Below, one piece after another: positions 9,544 through 18,447 of a stretch of DNA of 32,970 bases. The stretch comes from an uncultured Limnobacter sp. Lineage in GTDB: Bacteria > Pseudomonadota > Gammaproteobacteria > Burkholderiales > Burkholderiaceae_E. Positions within the stretch are counted from its first letter, which is position 1, and each line of letters begins with the position of its first letter. The stretch covers positions 1 to 32,970 of the forward strand of contig CAZXLV010000003.1 in assembly GCA_964641405.1 (NCBI GenBank), written 5' to 3'. Position numbers and translations under genes: made by a program. The notes beneath the pieces are model-generated. The model was not told the DNA's origin, made no database searches, and worked only from the letters and a program-made list of their open reading frames with translations.

Positions 9544-10758
9544 GTGCCGGCCTATCGTTACGAAGCTGCCGACCTTGCCGGTCAGCTCGCGCGCGGCGTC
9601 GTCGATGCGGATTCCCCGCGCCACGCGCGCCACCTGCTGCGTGATCGCGGCCTGACTCCGCTCGAAGTCGATCCGGTGCAGGCCAGCGGAGCGGCAGGCG
9701 CGAGCCGACGCAGCTTCGCCGGCCGCATCGGTGCCGCCGAACTTGCGCTGGCCACGCGCCAGCTGGCCAGCCTGCTGTCGGCGCGACTGCCGATCGAGCA
9801 GGCGCTGAACGCGGTGGTCGAACAGGCCGATCGCCAGGCGGTGCGCGACCGCTTCGCGGCGGTACGCAGCGAGGTGATCGGCGGCCAGACGCTGGCGCAG
9901 GCGCTGGCGAAGTTCCCGCGTGACTTTCCCGACGTCTATCGGGCGCTGGTGTCGGCCGGTGAACAATCGGGCGACCTCGCACTGGTGATGAGCCGGCTCG
10001 CCGATTACGTCGAATCGCGCACGGCGCTGTCGCAGCGGATCATGCTGGCGTTCACCTATCCCGCCATCGTCACTGCGGTGGCCTCGCTGGTGATCATCGC
10101 CTTGCTCACCTATGTGGTGCCGCAGGTGGTCGGCGTGTTCACGCAGACGCGCCAGGCCTTGCCCCTGCTTACCGTGATGCTGATCGCAAGTTCGGATTTC
10201 GCGCGCAATTGGGGCCTGTGGGTGCTTGCGGCCGCGCTGGCCGGCCTGGCGGCGTTTCGCCTCATGCTGCGCTCGCCCAGCTTTCGCCTGTCGTGGGATC
10301 AGCGCATGCTCGCGCTGCCGATCGTGGGGCGCCTGATCCGCGGCCTGAACACCACCCGCTTCGCTTCGACGCTGGGCATCCTCACCACCAGCGGCGTGCC
10401 GCTGATCCGCGCGCTGGAGGCGGGCGCCCGCACGCTGTCGAACGAAGCCATGAAGCAAAACGTGCACGATGCGATCTCGCGCGTGCGGGAAGGCGCGCCG
10501 CTGTCGCGTGCACTCAAGGCCGGTGGTCGCTTCCCGCCGATGATGATCCACATGATCGCCAGCGGCGAGGCGACCGGAGAACTGCCGGCCATGCTCGAGC
10601 GCACCGCCGTCACGCTGTCGCAGGAAACCGAACGGCGCGCGCTCATGCTCACCGGCTTGCTCGAACCGCTGCTGATCCTGCTGATGGGCGCCGTGGTGCT
10701 GGTGATCGTGCTGGCCGTGATGCTGCCGATCATCGAAATCAATCAGCTGGTACGCTGA
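9544..10758 (+). CDS. gspF: Type II secretion inner-membrane protein GspF
   Basis: GTG start, PAYRYEA..ADSPRHAR, TRQLASLL, GEQSGDL, YPAIV, GEATGEL and LLEPLLILLMG (two GspF/PilC repeats). Confidence 0.96.
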   Translation: MPAYRYEAADLAGQLARGVVDADSPRHARHLLRDRGLTPLEVDPVQASGAAGASRRSFAGRIGAAELALATRQLASLLSARLPIEQALNAVVEQADRQAVRDRFAAVRSEVIGGQTLAQALAKFPRDFPDVYRALVSAGEQSGDLALVMSRLADYVESRTALSQRIMLAFTYPAIVTAVASLVIIALLTYVVPQVVGVFTQTRQALPLLTVMLIASSDFARNWGLWVLAAALAGLAAFRLMLRSPSFRLSWDQRMLALPIVGRLIRGLNTTRFASTLGILTTSGVPLIRALEAGARTLSNEAMKQNVHDAISRVREGAPLSRALKAGGRFPPMMIHMIASGEATGELPAMLERTAVTLSQETERRALMLTGLLEPLLILLMGAVVLVIVLAVMLPIIEINQLVR

Positions 10759-10759
10759 C

Positions 10760-11992
10760 GTGGCGCGCGTGCGCGCCGTCGGCGGCGGGCCGTATTCGCT
10801 GCTGGTCGTCGCCCTGGCCGCCGGCATCGCGACGGTCGGGGCGACGATCTTCGCGATCTCGCCGCTGCTCGCGGATATCGCAGCGAGCTTTGCCATTGCA
10901 CCGGCGCAGGCAGGCAGCCTGATCGGTGCCTACGGCCTGGCCATGGCGGTGGTCGCGCCGGCGGTTGGCCTCTTTTCGCGCCGTGTGCCGCGGGTGTGGG
11001 TGATCGTTGCAGGCTTGCTGCTGTTTGCGATGGTCTGGCTGGCCGCCGGCGCCGCGCAGCGCTTCCCGGTGCTGCTGGTGCTCACGCTGCTGGCCGGCGC
11101 CGCCACCGGTGCGGTGGTGCCGGCGACCTATGCCTACGCGGGCGACCTTTCCTCGTTCAGCGATCGCGGGCGCATGATGGGCCGCATTGTCAGCGGCTGG
11201 TCGGTGGCGATCCTGCTGGTGGTGCCGCTGATGGCGCTGGCCTCGCAGGCGATCGGCTGGCAACGTGCCTTCGCCGGCCTGGCCGTTGCGGCGCTGCTTG
11301 CCGCGCTGGTGCTGGCACTGGCGCCGCGCCCGGCGCACGAGTTGTCCGACCAGGCGGAGGCCAGGCTGCCGGTCGGACCCAGCCTGCGGCGCGTGCTCTC
11401 GCACCGTCCGACGCTGATCGTGCTCGCCGTCAATTGCATCGACATGGGCGCGTTCTACGCGGTCTATGCCTTCATCGGCAGCGAATTGCGCCGCGTCAAC
11501 GACTGGGGCGCGGCGCCGGCCGGCCTGATGATTGCCGCATACGGCGTGGGCCTGCTGTTCGTCACGCTCAACGGCCGCCTGATCGACCGGATCGGCAAGA
11601 CGCGCAGCGCGATCGGTGCGCTGTGCGCCCTGTGCGCAGTGCTCGGCGGATTGCCGTGGTTGCTGGCCACGCCGATGTGGCTGGTTGCAGGCATGGTGCT
11701 GTGGGGATTCGTGCAGGGGGCCTTCTTCACCGCCATCACGGCGCTGGCGACCGAGCAGATTCCCGGCTTGCGCGGCGTGGTGACAGCCATGCTGAGCGGC
11801 TCGACCTATCTCGGAGTGACCTTGTTTTCGCCGCTGGCCGTCACCCTGTACCAGGGCTGGGGCTTCGCCGTGGTTGGCTATGTGAGCGGCCTGGCGTGCC
11901 TGCTGGCCGCCGCCGTGCTGGCCTGGTCGGGGGCGCAGGTGGCGGCGGTCGAGGCGAGTCCCGGATCGAACGCGACCCCTTCCCGAAGCTAG
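10760..11992 (+). CDS. Major facilitator superfamily transporter (drug/metabolite efflux-like)
   Basis: 410 aa with about 12 hydrophobic segments and MFS loop motifs (GLFSRRVPRV, DRGRMMG, GRLIDRIGK); starts 1 nt after the gspF stop. Confidence 0.88.
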   Translation: MARVRAVGGGPYSLLVVALAAGIATVGATIFAISPLLADIAASFAIAPAQAGSLIGAYGLAMAVVAPAVGLFSRRVPRVWVIVAGLLLFAMVWLAAGAAQRFPVLLVLTLLAGAATGAVVPATYAYAGDLSSFSDRGRMMGRIVSGWSVAILLVVPLMALASQAIGWQRAFAGLAVAALLAALVLALAPRPAHELSDQAEARLPVGPSLRRVLSHRPTLIVLAVNCIDMGAFYAVYAFIGSELRRVNDWGAAPAGLMIAAYGVGLLFVTLNGRLIDRIGKTRSAIGALCALCAVLGGLPWLLATPMWLVAGMVLWGFVQGAFFTAITALATEQIPGLRGVVTAMLSGSTYLGVTLFSPLAVTLYQGWGFAVVGYVSGLACLLAAAVLAWSGAQVAAVEASPGSNATPSRS

Positions 11993-13101
11993 AATCGCAC
12001 GGCGCCGGCGTAGCCGGTCAATTCGAGGTAGCCGCGTCCGACCCGACGGCCGGCTTCGTGCACGCTCACCGCGCCCTCCCAGTAGATCGTGCCGACGCTG
12101 GCGCGAGCATCCAGCTCCTGGTCATCGAACAGCGGCTCGAGTTCGAGCGTGCGCACGCCCACCTGCAGGCGCATCGAGACCGGATAGCGCGCGCCGCTGC
12201 GCGCGGAGCGCCAGAAGCGCAGCGGCGTGAACAGCGGCGTCGGATCGGGTACCGGCATACGACCCTGGCGGTCGATCCAGCGCGCCTGCGCCCATGGTGC
12301 GCCGGCATCGCCGTGCCGGATGCGAAACGCCATCAGCGCCGACCCGTCGTCGAAATTCAAGCCGACCCAGTCCCAGCCCTCGGCGTGGCGATCGAGGATC
12401 TCGCTGGACCACTCGTGATCGAGCCAGGCGATGCCTGCCACGGGTGCCTCGAGCGAGCCGCTCGCAATCCGGCCCGAGACGCGCAGTTGCGGCCGGCTGT
12501 AGTAGTAGCTCGCCTGCTGGACCAGCGGACCCTTGCGCGAGAAGCCGGCTTCGCCTTGCAGCACCGGCGCACTTGCCGGCGTGAACGCGAGATCGAGCGC
12601 CAGTTGCACATCGGCCAGGCTGGTGCGGTAGTGATCGTCGGGCTGGCGCGCAAGCGACCAGTTGCCGATCGAGATCGCCGTGTCGACGCTCGATGCCTCG
12701 GCGAGCCCGAAGCCGCTGCGCGCCGCACGCTGCGCATGCACCAGGCGCGTGCGCTCGGGCAGCGCCAGTGCCGCATGGGCGAACAGCAGCTGGGTCGGAG
12801 CGAAGCGGCTGGGATCGGCCGGATCGTGGCGCGTGCGCGCGCGAAAGAAGGTGACCTGCACGCCAGCCGGTTCGTCCCGATGAGCGCCAGCCAGTCGTTT
12901 CAGCCAGCCGGTCAGGTACCACCACTCGGTGCGATACAGTGCATGGGCACCGTGATCATGCGGAAACACGATCGGCACGCCGCGCCGCACCGACGGATAG
13001 AACGACTCGTCGCTCGCGCCGGCGACCGGCGCCCACGACGAGGGCAAAGCCGCGCCGAGGCTGGCGCGGGCGATGAAGCGGCGGCGCGACAACTTGCTCA
13101 C
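11989..13101 (-). CDS. Tat-exported AttH/CrtC-like lipocalin-fold protein (predicted secreted hydrolase family)
   Basis: GTG at 13101 after GGAGGA; twin-arginine signal SRRRFI; family motifs FPHDHGAH..YRTEWWYLTG, GVQVTFFR, ASYYYSRP, AWLDHEWSS, GWDWVG, YWEGAV and GYLELTGY. Confidence 0.88.
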   Translation of the reverse strand: MSKLSRRRFIARASLGAALPSSWAPVAGASDESFYPSVRRGVPIVFPHDHGAHALYRTEWWYLTGWLKRLAGAHRDEPAGVQVTFFRARTRHDPADPSRFAPTQLLFAHAALALPERTRLVHAQRAARSGFGLAEASSVDTAISIGNWSLARQPDDHYRTSLADVQLALDLAFTPASAPVLQGEAGFSRKGPLVQQASYYYSRPQLRVSGRIASGSLEAPVAGIAWLDHEWSSEILDRHAEGWDWVGLNFDDGSALMAFRIRHGDAGAPWAQARWIDRQGRMPVPDPTPLFTPLRFWRSARSGARYPVSMRLQVGVRTLELEPLFDDQELDARASVGTIYWEGAVSVHEAGRRVGRGYLELTGYAGAVRF

Positions 13102-15728
13102 CAGTCCTCCCGGATCGAGCGCAGCGGCGCCTCGGAACTGGCGTAGCGTGACGCCAGCAGCGCACTGCCCACGCCCAGCGCGAGCAGTGCAGTTGCGCTG
13201 GCGCCCAACAACCCGAGTGGCCAGGACAATTGCATGGTCCAGTGAAACGACTGGGGGTTGACCCGGTAGACCAGCACCAGCGCCAGCATCGTCCCCAGCA
13301 GTGCGCCCCAGGCGACGGCGGCGGTGATCTGCAGCGCCGCCTCGCCAGCGAACAACAGCGCGATGTCGTGCCGGCGCAGGCCCAGGTGGCGCAGCACGCC
13401 GAACTCGTGCGCGCGTGCCAGCCCTTCGGCAGCCCAACTCGACGCGACGCCGAACAGCGCCACCAGAATGGCGATTGCCTCCAGCGCATAGGTGACCGCG
13501 AAGCTGCGATCGAAGATGCGCAGCGAGCGCTCGCGCAGCTGTCCGGTGGTACGCAACTCCAGTCCCGGCACGTCGGACAGCGCGCGCCGAACCGCAAGCA
13601 CGCCGAGTTCGGGCGACAGCGACGGGTCGAACCACAGCGCGACGTCGCTGGTCGAGCGGTCGCCGGTGAAGGCGCGATAGTCATCGATCGATAGCGCGAT
13701 CGCGCCGTGCTGGCGCGCGTAGTCGCGCCATACGCCGGCGACGAAGAATGGCCGGCCCGACCCGGCGCCGATATGCGGCAGCGGCAGGCTGATGAGCATG
13801 CCCGGCTCGAAACCATACAGGTCGACCATCGCTTCGCTCACATAGATCGCAATGGTGCCGGCGGGCGCCTTGTGCAATGCGCCGGTGATCGGCAGGCGCT
13901 CCTGCGGTTGCTGTGCATCGATGCTGCGTGCGAGCAGGGTGACCGGCGGTTGCGCGGCGTCGAGGGTGAGTGCCAGGGTGCGCAGGAATTCCAGCCGTTT
14001 CACGCCCGGCACGGCTGCCAGGCGCTGGCGCAGTCCGGCATCGATGGCCGCGCCAGCCGCGCCGGAGGCGATGCGCCCGTAGGCCTGCGCCGGCAGCACG
14101 ATCTGCAGCCAGTGCTCCACCGAATCGCGAAAGCTGGTCACCATGATCGCCATCGCGGCGGCCAGCGCAAAGCTGGCCACGACGCCCGACATGGCCGCTG
14201 CGGCGCTGCCGGGCGCACCGGCGAGCCGGTTCACGGCCAGCCACGCGATCGGATGGCGTGCCAGGCGCAGGGCCAGGCGTGCCAGGCCGCGCCGGCTCGC
14301 GTACACCAGGTGCGGCACCAGCGCGATGCCACCGGCCAGCCAGGCCGCGATGGCGACGTAGGACGGCCACGGCAGGCCGTCCACCGGCGGCATGGCCAGC
14401 AGGATCGCACCCCCCGCGAAGCAGGCCAGCGGCCAGGCGAGCCGCCTCGGCCCGGTGCGCACGCGCAAGGTCTCCTCGATGCTGCCGGCGCGCAGCGCGC
14501 GTGCGGCCGGCAAGCGATGCGCTGCGCGCGCCGGTGCGATGCTGCCGGCGAGCGCGGTGATGACACCGGCTGCGGCCAGTCCGGCGATGGCGAGCAGGTC
14601 GAGGTCCAGCGTCGGCTTGCTGCCGGCGAAGTAACCGCCGCCCAGGTCGCCACCCGACCAGGCCAGCAAGGCGGCGGCCAGGGCGACGCCGCCGATTGCC
14701 CCGAGCGCGGCACCAGCCACGCCGAGCACCAGCGCCTGGCCGAGCACCTGCAGGACGGCCAGTCGCGCGCCACCGCCGAGCACGCCCAGCAGTGCAAGTT
14801 CGCGCTGTTGGCGCGCGACTGCCAGTGCCAGCGTTGCATGGACGATGTAGCCACCGGTGAACAGCGCCACCAGGGCCAGCACGTTCAGGTTCACGCGGTA
14901 GGCTCGCGACAGGTTGGACATGCGTTGGCGTGATGAACTCGGGCCCGCCCACACGACATCGGGCGGCAGGGCGTCGGACCAGCGCATGCGCACGCGCTCC
15001 GCGTCGGCGCCGTCGGCGAAGCGCAAGTCGATGCGCGACAGGCGCCCGAGCCAGCCCAGGCGCCACTGCAGGGTGGCGATGTCCATGACCGCCAGGCGCT
15101 GGCCTGAGGCCACGCCGGGCAGGCGGCCCGCGATGTGCAGGGTCACTACCTGCGCGCCTGCGCGCACGCGCAACTCATCGCCCACCGAGCGCGACAGTGC
15201 AAGCAGCGCGGCGTTGGACAGGAAGATGGTGTCGTCGCCGAACAGCGCGGATGCCGATCCGCCTGCGTCGGCACCGTCGACCGCCGGTACCAGCGCCGGC
15301 GTGACCAGCGCAGCGCGCAGGACATCGAGACCGATGATGCGCAAGGCGCCAGCGTCGGCGCCGGGGTCGGCCAGCGCGAATTCGGCCTCGATCACGGGAC
15401 TCGCAATGATGTCCGGGTCGGCCGCCAGCCGCGCGTACAGGCGCTCATCGAAGTCATTGGCGCGCGCCCGCACCTGCGCCTGTGCCTCGCCGTTGATGAC
15501 GCTCAAGGCGGTAGTGAACTCGGCGAGTGCACTGTGGTTGACCAGCTGGATCGCCAGCGCGAGTGCCACGCCGATCGCAATCGCGACCACTGCCGTCAAG
15601 GCGCGTGGACGTTGCGCGCGCCATTGCGCGCGCCACAACCACCCGAGCAGCGCAATGCGGCCATCGGCATGCCAGGCGCATCGGCGCCGCTGCGCCTCGA
15701 CGCTGGTGCCGGACGGTGCGCCCGTCAC
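13098..15728 (-). CDS. ABC transporter permease, FtsX/MacB-like double-domain (AttF/AttG or YbbP-like)
   Basis: About 876 aa with two FtsX-like TM clusters, two periplasmic domains and motifs RQQRELALLGVLG, RAHEFGVLRHLG, VNPQSFHWT. GTG 15728 overlaps the ATPase TGA; the ORF is open from 15761. Confidence 0.88.
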   Translation of the reverse strand: MTGAPSGTSVEAQRRRCAWHADGRIALLGWLWRAQWRAQRPRALTAVVAIAIGVALALAIQLVNHSALAEFTTALSVINGEAQAQVRARANDFDERLYARLAADPDIIASPVIEAEFALADPGADAGALRIIGLDVLRAALVTPALVPAVDGADAGGSASALFGDDTIFLSNAALLALSRSVGDELRVRAGAQVVTLHIAGRLPGVASGQRLAVMDIATLQWRLGWLGRLSRIDLRFADGADAERVRMRWSDALPPDVVWAGPSSSRQRMSNLSRAYRVNLNVLALVALFTGGYIVHATLALAVARQQRELALLGVLGGGARLAVLQVLGQALVLGVAGAALGAIGGVALAAALLAWSGGDLGGGYFAGSKPTLDLDLLAIAGLAAAGVITALAGSIAPARAAHRLPAARALRAGSIEETLRVRTGPRRLAWPLACFAGGAILLAMPPVDGLPWPSYVAIAAWLAGGIALVPHLVYASRRGLARLALRLARHPIAWLAVNRLAGAPGSAAAAMSGVVASFALAAAMAIMVTSFRDSVEHWLQIVLPAQAYGRIASGAAGAAIDAGLRQRLAAVPGVKRLEFLRTLALTLDAAQPPVTLLARSIDAQQPQERLPITGALHKAPAGTIAIYVSEAMVDLYGFEPGMLISLPLPHIGAGSGRPFFVAGVWRDYARQHGAIALSIDDYRAFTGDRSTSDVALWFDPSLSPELGVLAVRRALSDVPGLELRTTGQLRERSLRIFDRSFAVTYALEAIAILVALFGVASSWAAEGLARAHEFGVLRHLGLRRHDIALLFAGEAALQITAAVAWGALLGTMLALVLVYRVNPQSFHWTMQLSWPLGLLGASATALLALGVGSALLASRYASSEAPLRSIREDW

Positions 15729-16447
15729 CGGCTCGTCCCGGGTTGTGCCACCAGGCGGCAATGTTCGAGCCGCAGGCGCCGATGCGCGATGGCGGCTGCC
15801 TGCCCGGAGTGTGTCGCCATCAGCAGCGTGGCCCCGCTGGCTTCGACCATCGCGGCGATCAGCGTCAGCGCGCCGTCAGCGGTGGCCGGATCGAGGTTGC
15901 CGGTGGGCTCGTCGGCCAGCACCAGCGCGGGCGCGTGGACCAGCGCGCGCGCCAGCGCCACCCTTTGCTGTTCACCGCCCGACAGCGAGCGCGGCCAGGC
16001 GCGGCCGCGCTCGCCGAGCCCGACGCGCGCAAGCATCGCGGCGGCACGCGCCAGGGCCTGGGCTGCCGGCACCCCCTGGAGCAGCAGCGGCACGGCGACG
16101 TTGCTCACCGCGTCCAGATGCGGCAGCAGGTGGAAGGCCTGGAACACGAAGCCGACATTCGTGCGTCGGAACAGCGCCGCATCGTCGGGGCCCAGGGCGG
16201 AGACTTCGATGCCGGCGACGTGCACCGTTCCGGCATCGACCGGTTCGAGCCCCGCGACGAGATTGAGCAGGGTCGACTTGCCGCTGCCGGATTCGCCCAG
16301 CAGTGCGACGCGTTCGCCGCGCCCGACGCGCATCGATACCCCGGCCAGCACGACCCGCCCCGCGAAGGCCTTGTCCACCGCGCGCAACTCGATCGCGGCA
16401 GGGGCGCCCGAGTCGATGCCGGGATCGGTGGCGATCGGGCCGGGCAT
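15725..16447 (-). CDS. ABC transporter ATP-binding protein (LolD/MacB/AttE-like)
   Basis: Walker A GESGSGKST, Q-loop VGFVFQAFHL, signature LSGGEQQR, Walker B/D-loop LVLADEPTGNLD, H-switch ATHS. Confidence 0.95.
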   Translation of the reverse strand: MPGPIATDPGIDSGAPAAIELRAVDKAFAGRVVLAGVSMRVGRGERVALLGESGSGKSTLLNLVAGLEPVDAGTVHVAGIEVSALGPDDAALFRRTNVGFVFQAFHLLPHLDAVSNVAVPLLLQGVPAAQALARAAAMLARVGLGERGRAWPRSLSGGEQQRVALARALVHAPALVLADEPTGNLDPATADGALTLIAAMVEASGATLLMATHSGQAAAIAHRRLRLEHCRLVAQPGTSR

Positions 16448-16477
16448 CGATGGCCTGTTACCGGCTCGCCCGCGGCG

Positions 16478-17539
16478 TCAGGGCCGCACTTCGATGCCCG
16501 GTTCGCCGCTCACCAGCTCGCCGATCTCGCAGGCCTCGTCGAAGCCGTCGCGCTGAAACGCCTGCAGGACTTCCTCGAGCGCCTCGGGCGCGCAGGCCAC
16601 CAGCAGGCCCCCGGAAGTCTGCGGATCGGTCAGCAGCGCCCGCTGTGCACCGTCGCTGGCCTCGACCAGGTGCACCGCCTGCCCGTAGGCGGCCCAGTTG
16701 CGCGCCGAGGCGCCGGTGACGAAGCCGCGCGCGATCAACTCGTCGACGCCGTCCATGCGCGGCACGGCCGCCGCCGACACGCGCGCGGCGACACGCGCGC
16801 CACGGCACATCTCGAGCAGATGCCCGAGCAGGCCGAAGCCGGTGACGTCGGTGAGGGCATGTACGCCGTCGAGGGCAGACAGGGCGATCCCCGGAGTGTT
16901 CAGGCGCGTGGTGGTGGCGATCATCGCGGCATAGCCCGCGTCCGGCAGTTGCTGCTTCTTCAGTGCCGACGACATGATCCCCACGCCGAGCGGCTTGCCC
17001 AGCACCAGGCGATCGCCCGGGCGTGCACCCGAATTGCGCTTGATGTGATCGGGGCGCGCCAGGCCGATCGCGACCAGGCCGTAGATCGGCTCCACCGAAT
17101 CGATGGTGTGGCCGCCGGCGATCGGAATGCCGGCGGAGGCGCACACGGACTCCCCGCCTTCGAGGATTGCGCGGATCGTTGCCAGCGGCAGGCGCTCGAC
17201 AGGCATCGCGACCAGCGCCAGCGCCATGATCGGACGCGCGCCCATCGCGTAGACATCGGACAGCGCGTTGGTGGCGGCGATACGGCCGAAGTCGAAGGGA
17301 TCGTCGACGATCGGCATGAAGAAATCGGTGGTGGCGACCAGTGCGTGCTCGTCGTCGATCTTCCAGACCGCGGCATCGTCGGCCGTTTCGATGCCGACCA
17401 GCAACTGGGGCGGCACGGGCAGGCTCGACGTGCGCCGCATGAGTTCGGACAGGACGCCAGGTGCGATCTTGCAGCCGCAACCACCCCCGTGCGAAAACGA
17501 TGTCAGCCGCGGTGTCGCGGCCAGGTCCGGGGCGCTCAT
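16478..17539 (-). CDS. selD: Selenide, water dikinase (selenophosphate synthetase), Cys-containing form
   Basis: [74 protein letters not shown] and DPQTSGGLL. Confidence 0.97.
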   Translation of the reverse strand: MSAPDLAATPRLTSFSHGGGCGCKIAPGVLSELMRRTSSLPVPPQLLVGIETADDAAVWKIDDEHALVATTDFFMPIVDDPFDFGRIAATNALSDVYAMGARPIMALALVAMPVERLPLATIRAILEGGESVCASAGIPIAGGHTIDSVEPIYGLVAIGLARPDHIKRNSGARPGDRLVLGKPLGVGIMSSALKKQQLPDAGYAAMIATTTRLNTPGIALSALDGVHALTDVTGFGLLGHLLEMCRGARVAARVSAAAVPRMDGVDELIARGFVTGASARNWAAYGQAVHLVEASDGAQRALLTDPQTSGGLLVACAPEALEEVLQAFQRDGFDEACEIGELVSGEPGIEVRP

Positions 17540-18330
17540 GGGCGCGCGGTCAGGATTCCGCCCGTGACCTGGCTGAAACCGGCGTCCACATAGGTGATCT
17601 CGGCGGTGATCCCGGCCGCGAGGCTCGACAGCAGGAACGCCGCCACGTTGCCGACGTCCTCGATGGTGACGTTGCGCCGCAGCGGCGCGTTGTTCGACAC
17701 GTAGTCGAGGATCTTCGAGAAATCCTTGATGCCGCTGGCCGCAAGCGTGCGGATCGGTCCGGCCGAGATGCCGTTGACGCGGATCCCGCGCGGACCGAGG
17801 TCGTCGGCAAGGTAGCGCACTGCCGCTTCCAGGCTGGCCTTTGCCAGGCCCATGGTGTTGTAGTGCGGTACGACGCGCACCGCGCCGAGATAGGTGAGGG
17901 TGAGCATGGCGGCGGCGCGCCCGCGCATCAGCGGTTCGGCGGCCTTGGCCAGTGCGACGAAACTGTAGGCCGAGACGTCATGGGCGATCCGGAACGCCTC
18001 GCGACTGGCGCCGTCGAGGAATTCGCCGGCGATCGCCTCCCTGGGCGCGTAGGCGATGGCGTGCACCATTCCGTCGAGGTGATCCCACTTCCGGCCGAGC
18101 GAGGCGAACAGCGCTTCGATCTGCGCATCCTCGGAGACGTCGCAGGGAAACACCAGCGATGAATCGAATCCTGCAGCCATTTCGGTGACACGATCCAGGA
18201 AGCGCTCGTTCTGGAACGTGAAGGCGAGTTCGGCGCCTTGCTCGCGACAGGCTTTCGCGATGCCAAAGGCGATCGAGCGGTTCGATAACAGCCCGGTGAT
18301 CAGGATGCGCTTGCCGGCCAGGAAGCCCAT
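17536..18330 (-). CDS. fabI: Enoyl-ACP reductase FabI
   Basis: [25 protein letters not shown], catalytic [26 protein letters not shown]; GGAG RBS upstream. Confidence 0.97.
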   Translation of the reverse strand: MGFLAGKRILITGLLSNRSIAFGIAKACREQGAELAFTFQNERFLDRVTEMAAGFDSSLVFPCDVSEDAQIEALFASLGRKWDHLDGMVHAIAYAPREAIAGEFLDGASREAFRIAHDVSAYSFVALAKAAEPLMRGRAAAMLTLTYLGAVRVVPHYNTMGLAKASLEAAVRYLADDLGPRGIRVNGISAGPIRTLAASGIKDFSKILDYVSNNAPLRRNVTIEDVGNVAAFLLSSLAAGITAEITYVDAGFSQVTGGILTARP

Positions 18331-18343
18331 TCGGGGTCTCCGC

Positions 18344-18349
18344 TAGAAT
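18344..18349 (+). promoter_or_regulatory. Candidate -10 element (TAGAAT) for the yejABEF-like operon
   Basis: TAGAAT in the short fabI/yejA divergent interval; no clear -35. Confidence 0.3.
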
Positions 18350-18363
18350 CTTCGACGATGAAC

Positions 18364-18372
18364 ATTGTCGCA
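18364..18372 (-). promoter_or_regulatory. Candidate extended -10 element (TGCGACAAT) for the fabI-selD operon
   Basis: Minus strand reads TG-C-GACAAT about 35 nt upstream of the fabI ATG; motif resemblance only. Confidence 0.35.
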
Positions 18373-18447
18373 TGCGCGTCGCAGCGGGAGCCTGCCTCCG
18401 GACAGCCCCCGACACGCCGCCACCCAGGCTTGCACCCCGCGCAGCGC

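Noticed and set aside
6231-9982. Long antisense ORFs (6231-8117, 7760-9982; likewise 18343-20196, 24200-25846, 31800-32885)
   Set aside because: Shadow ORFs opposite well-supported genes; expected from stop-codon scarcity and codon bias in GC-rich DNA, with no recognisable motifs.
11989-13101. Calling the AttH-like gene crtC (carotenoid 1,2-hydratase)
   Set aside because: The fold family is shared, but there are no carotenoid genes nearby, and the Tat signal and ABC context fit the AttH-type group.
17468-17494. Possible selenocysteine in the SelD active site
   Set aside because: Both residues of the GCGCK motif are TGC (Cys); there is no in-frame TGA.
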